The notes under the pieces: model-generated
What the model was told of the DNA's origin: nothing
Seen by the model: the letters and a program-made list of their open reading frames with translations, nothing else
The model's database searches: none
Made by a program: the position numbers and the translations under genes
Shown: positions 61,101-64,000 of the stretch, piece by piece
Numbering within the stretch: position 1 is the stretch's first letter
Layout: every line of letters starts with the position of its first letter
NCBI GenBank assembly: GCA_002104905.1
Contig: MCFE01000373.1
Coordinates: 20,940 to 84,939, forward strand
From: Basidiobolus meristosporus CBS 931.73
Taxonomy: Eukaryota; Fungi; Basidiobolomycota
Direction of reading: 5' to 3'
Length of the DNA stretch: 64,000 bases

Positions 61101-64000
61101 ATCCAATCAGACAAGAAATAGCCCAAATTACTATATCAATGAGGGTACAAACTTAGCCTATGCCTATTCAGTCCATATTGATGAACCCCAGACTGTAAAA
61201 GAGGCCCTAAATAGCCCTCAGACAAATTTTTGGAGATCTGCAATGACTGAGGAATATCAGGCACTGATGGAAAATCAAACTTGGGTCTTGGTCAAATTAC
61301 CAATCAACCAAAAATCAATTGGATGCAGGTGGGTCTTCAAGACAAAATACAAGGCTGAAGGTACAATTGAAAGATACAAAGCAAGACTTGTAGCCAAAGA
61401 ATACTCTCAAACAAAAGGACTTGACTATACTGAGACCTTTGCACCGGTAGCCAAGTTTAATTCCATCAGATTAATATTGGCTATTGCAGCCAAATATAAG
61501 TGTTTTATTCATCAAATGGATGTAAAAACTGCATTTTTGAATGGAGAACTTGATGAGGATGTGTATATGGACCAGCCTGACAGGTTTGTTGACCAAGATA
61601 ACCCCCATTTGGTCTGCAAGCTTAAAAAGTCACTATATGGTCTCAAACAATCACCAAGAGCCTGGAATTGCAAGATAGATTCTTATTTGGAATCCTTGAG
61701 TTTCAAAAGAAGTAATGCTGACTATAGTATATACTATAAACCAGATAGAGCAAATCCAGTTCTATTAGCTCTATATGTGGATGATCTTATTATAGCCGCC
61801 AATAACCTAGAAGCGTTGGAAGAGACTAAATCCAGCCTATCTAAGGAGTTCAAGATGTCTGATTTAGGAGAACCTAGTTACTGCTTAGGGACTAAGTTCT
61901 CCATAGACATAAGTACCCAGACTATTACCCTAAGCCAATCCAAGTATATTCAAGATATACTAAAGAAGTACAAAATGGAAGACTGTAAACCGGCAGCTAC
62001 CCCAATGGGGACAAACCTTAACTTGGTCAAAACTCAACCAAATCAAGAGAGCTTGGTGCCATCTGAAAGCCCTGACTTTCCTTATCAATCCATAGTCGGC
62101 AGTCTGATGTATATCATGCTTGGAACACGCCCAGATATCTCATATTCAATGGGAGTTGTCAGCCAACATAATCAGAACTATGGATCTGATCATATTACAG
62201 CAGTTAAGCAAATTTTTAGATACCTAAAAGGAACTGCTGATATCTGCTTAAGATACACTTATAAGGATTCAGAACAGGACTTTGTGGGATACTCTGATGC
62301 TGATTGGCGACGAAATTTGGAAGACAGAAGATCCACCACAGGATACACCTTTCTTTACTCTCAAGGAGCAATTTCATGGAATATAAGAAAGCAACCAACT
62401 GTAGCACTTTCTACTACAGAGGCAGAGTATATGGCAGCCTGTGAAGCTACAAAAGAAGCAATGTGGTTAAGAAAACTCTTAACAGATTTAGGCCTATGTC
62501 AAAAAATGCCTATTACTTTATTTCAAGATAATCAAGGATGTATACAATTAGGTAGAAATCCAACTTCTCATGCTAGAACCAAGCACATAGATATTAGACA
62601 TCATTTCATACATGAAGCTATAGAAAATAGCTTAGATAGCGTAGTTTACTGTCCTAAAGATGAAATGATTGCAGACATATTTACCAAACCATTAGCTGGA
62701 GACAAATTTGAATATCTTAGGTCAAATTAGGACTAGTCAGTATGAACATTTAGCTGAGTGGGAGTGCTGTAAAAAATTTGTATTTCCACCTAAATATTCA
62801 CCTAACTTAGTCACTTATTCATCACCTTCAAATCCTAGAGAATACTGACCAAATTCCTTGTTGGGATTTACTTGGAATACTTTCACCAAAATGCCAGGTA
62901 CCCAGAACATGAAAATTCTCAAAGTTGTCCAAACAGCCCCAAACTTTGCACACATGTTCTTAGGACCTTCCTTAACCTATTCTACGTGTTTGTAATGTCA
63001 AAACCAGGTAAAAGTATAAATGCTACTTTTACAATCAATAAATCATCAAGTGAAAACCACATAATCTACTTGTTCTCCCAATCACTTCCAATATCTCCAA
63101 GACTCTTACAACACTCTTGTAGCACTGCAGATCACAGTATATAAGTGAAACAGCTCAAAAAGGGCGTGATCATCCTAGTTCTTTATGTGGACAACCTAAT
63201 TATAGCTACAAGTGATCAAGAGGCACTTAAACAGACAAAATCAGATCTCTTCAGCATGTTTGAGATGGAAGATCTTGGAAAATTGAGCTAATTTCTTGGA
63301 ATTGAGGTCATATTTGACGTACCTACGCAGAAAATTGTGCTGAATCAGTCTAAGTACATCAGGGACATTTTAGACGCTTCAAAATGGAAAATTGCAAACC
63401 TGCAGCAACCCCTATGGACAATAACCTGAAATTAAGCAAATCTCAGCCAGTTATAGATGAAAACAGCTCATATATGGACCAAAACTCTCCCTATCAATCG
63501 ATGGTCAGTAGCCTAATGTACTTGATGGTGTCTACATGTCCAGATATTGCAGTAGCAGTTGGAATAGTCAGTCAATTCATGCAGAATTATAGATCAGATC
63601 AAATTGCAGCAGTTAAGCAGATTTTCAGATGTCTACAAGGTACCATAAATATGGTACTGGAATACTCTGGAGCAGCTAATAGGCAAAAATTTGATGGTTA
63701 TAGTGATTCAGATTGGGGTAGGGATCTGATTGACAGACGCTCTACCACAGGCTATGTATTTCTTTACGCTGGTGCAGCTATTACTTGGAATTACAAGAAA
63801 CAGCCAACTGTTACGCTATCTACAACTGAAGCCAAATATATGGCTGCATGTCACGCAATTAAGGAGGCTATATGGCCACAGAAATTATTCAAAGACTTAG
63901 GTTTTAATTCAGGTGAACCAACATGTATTTACAAGGATAATCAAAGTTGTATTTCATTAGCTAGAAATCCTACTAATCATGCCAGAACTAAGTACATTGA
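55165..64000 (+). mobile_element. Ty1/copia family 2, near-full copy interrupted by copia family 1; runs off the window end
   Basis: 5' LTR 55165-55533, PBS GGTTATGAGCCC. gag-pol runs from 55570 in one frame with stops at 56227 and 58003 (knuckle CNYCKKPGHWAREC, WYIDS, integrase HSDICGP). RT/RNase H resumes at 63114. Confidence 0.93.
58429..63113 (+). mobile_element. Ty1/copia family 1, full-length copy (4685 bp) with a few disablements
   Basis: LTRs 58429-58779 and 62765-63113, TSD CTCTC/CTCTT, PBS GGTTATGAGCCC, PPT GAGTGGGAG. gag-pol 58811-62730 has stops at 59141, 60178 and 60733 and a 1-nt deletion near 59690. Confidence 0.96.

Noticed and set aside
9300-64000. Classical Neurospora-type RIP as the cause of TE decay
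   Set aside because: The visible signature is mostly CpG loss with TG/CA gain. A few CAA>TAA and TGG>TAG/TGA stops exist but do not dominate. A computed spectrum is needed before invoking RIP.

Overview
Eukaryotic, fungal-type DNA; an early-diverging lineage is plausible but this is inference. The window has two compartments. (1) A CpG-rich gene region (1 to about 9.1 kb) holds a head-to-head pair of UNC93-like MFS genes, about 99% identical over the shared stretch, and a secreted BBE/AA7-type bicovalent flavo-oxidase with one 59-nt intron. (2) A CpG-depleted, deeply nested transposon island (about 9.2-64 kb) holds two Ty1/copia families, a self-priming Tf1-type Ty3 element, two further Ty3/gypsy pol-bearing elements, a very young gag-protease-only LTR element with apparently identical 804-bp LTRs, a non-coding GATC-rich LTR family in two sizes, several solo LTRs, and many copies of a CACTA/CMC-type DNA transposon. 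The best-bounded copy of that transposon has CCCTATGA termini, an apparent 4-bp TSD and a second, divergently oriented gene remnant. Most element boundaries were fixed by eye from LTR/TIR pairs, TSDs and empty-site paralogs inside the window. All identities and counts are hand-read and need alignment. No rRNA, tRNA gene or CRISPR array was seen.
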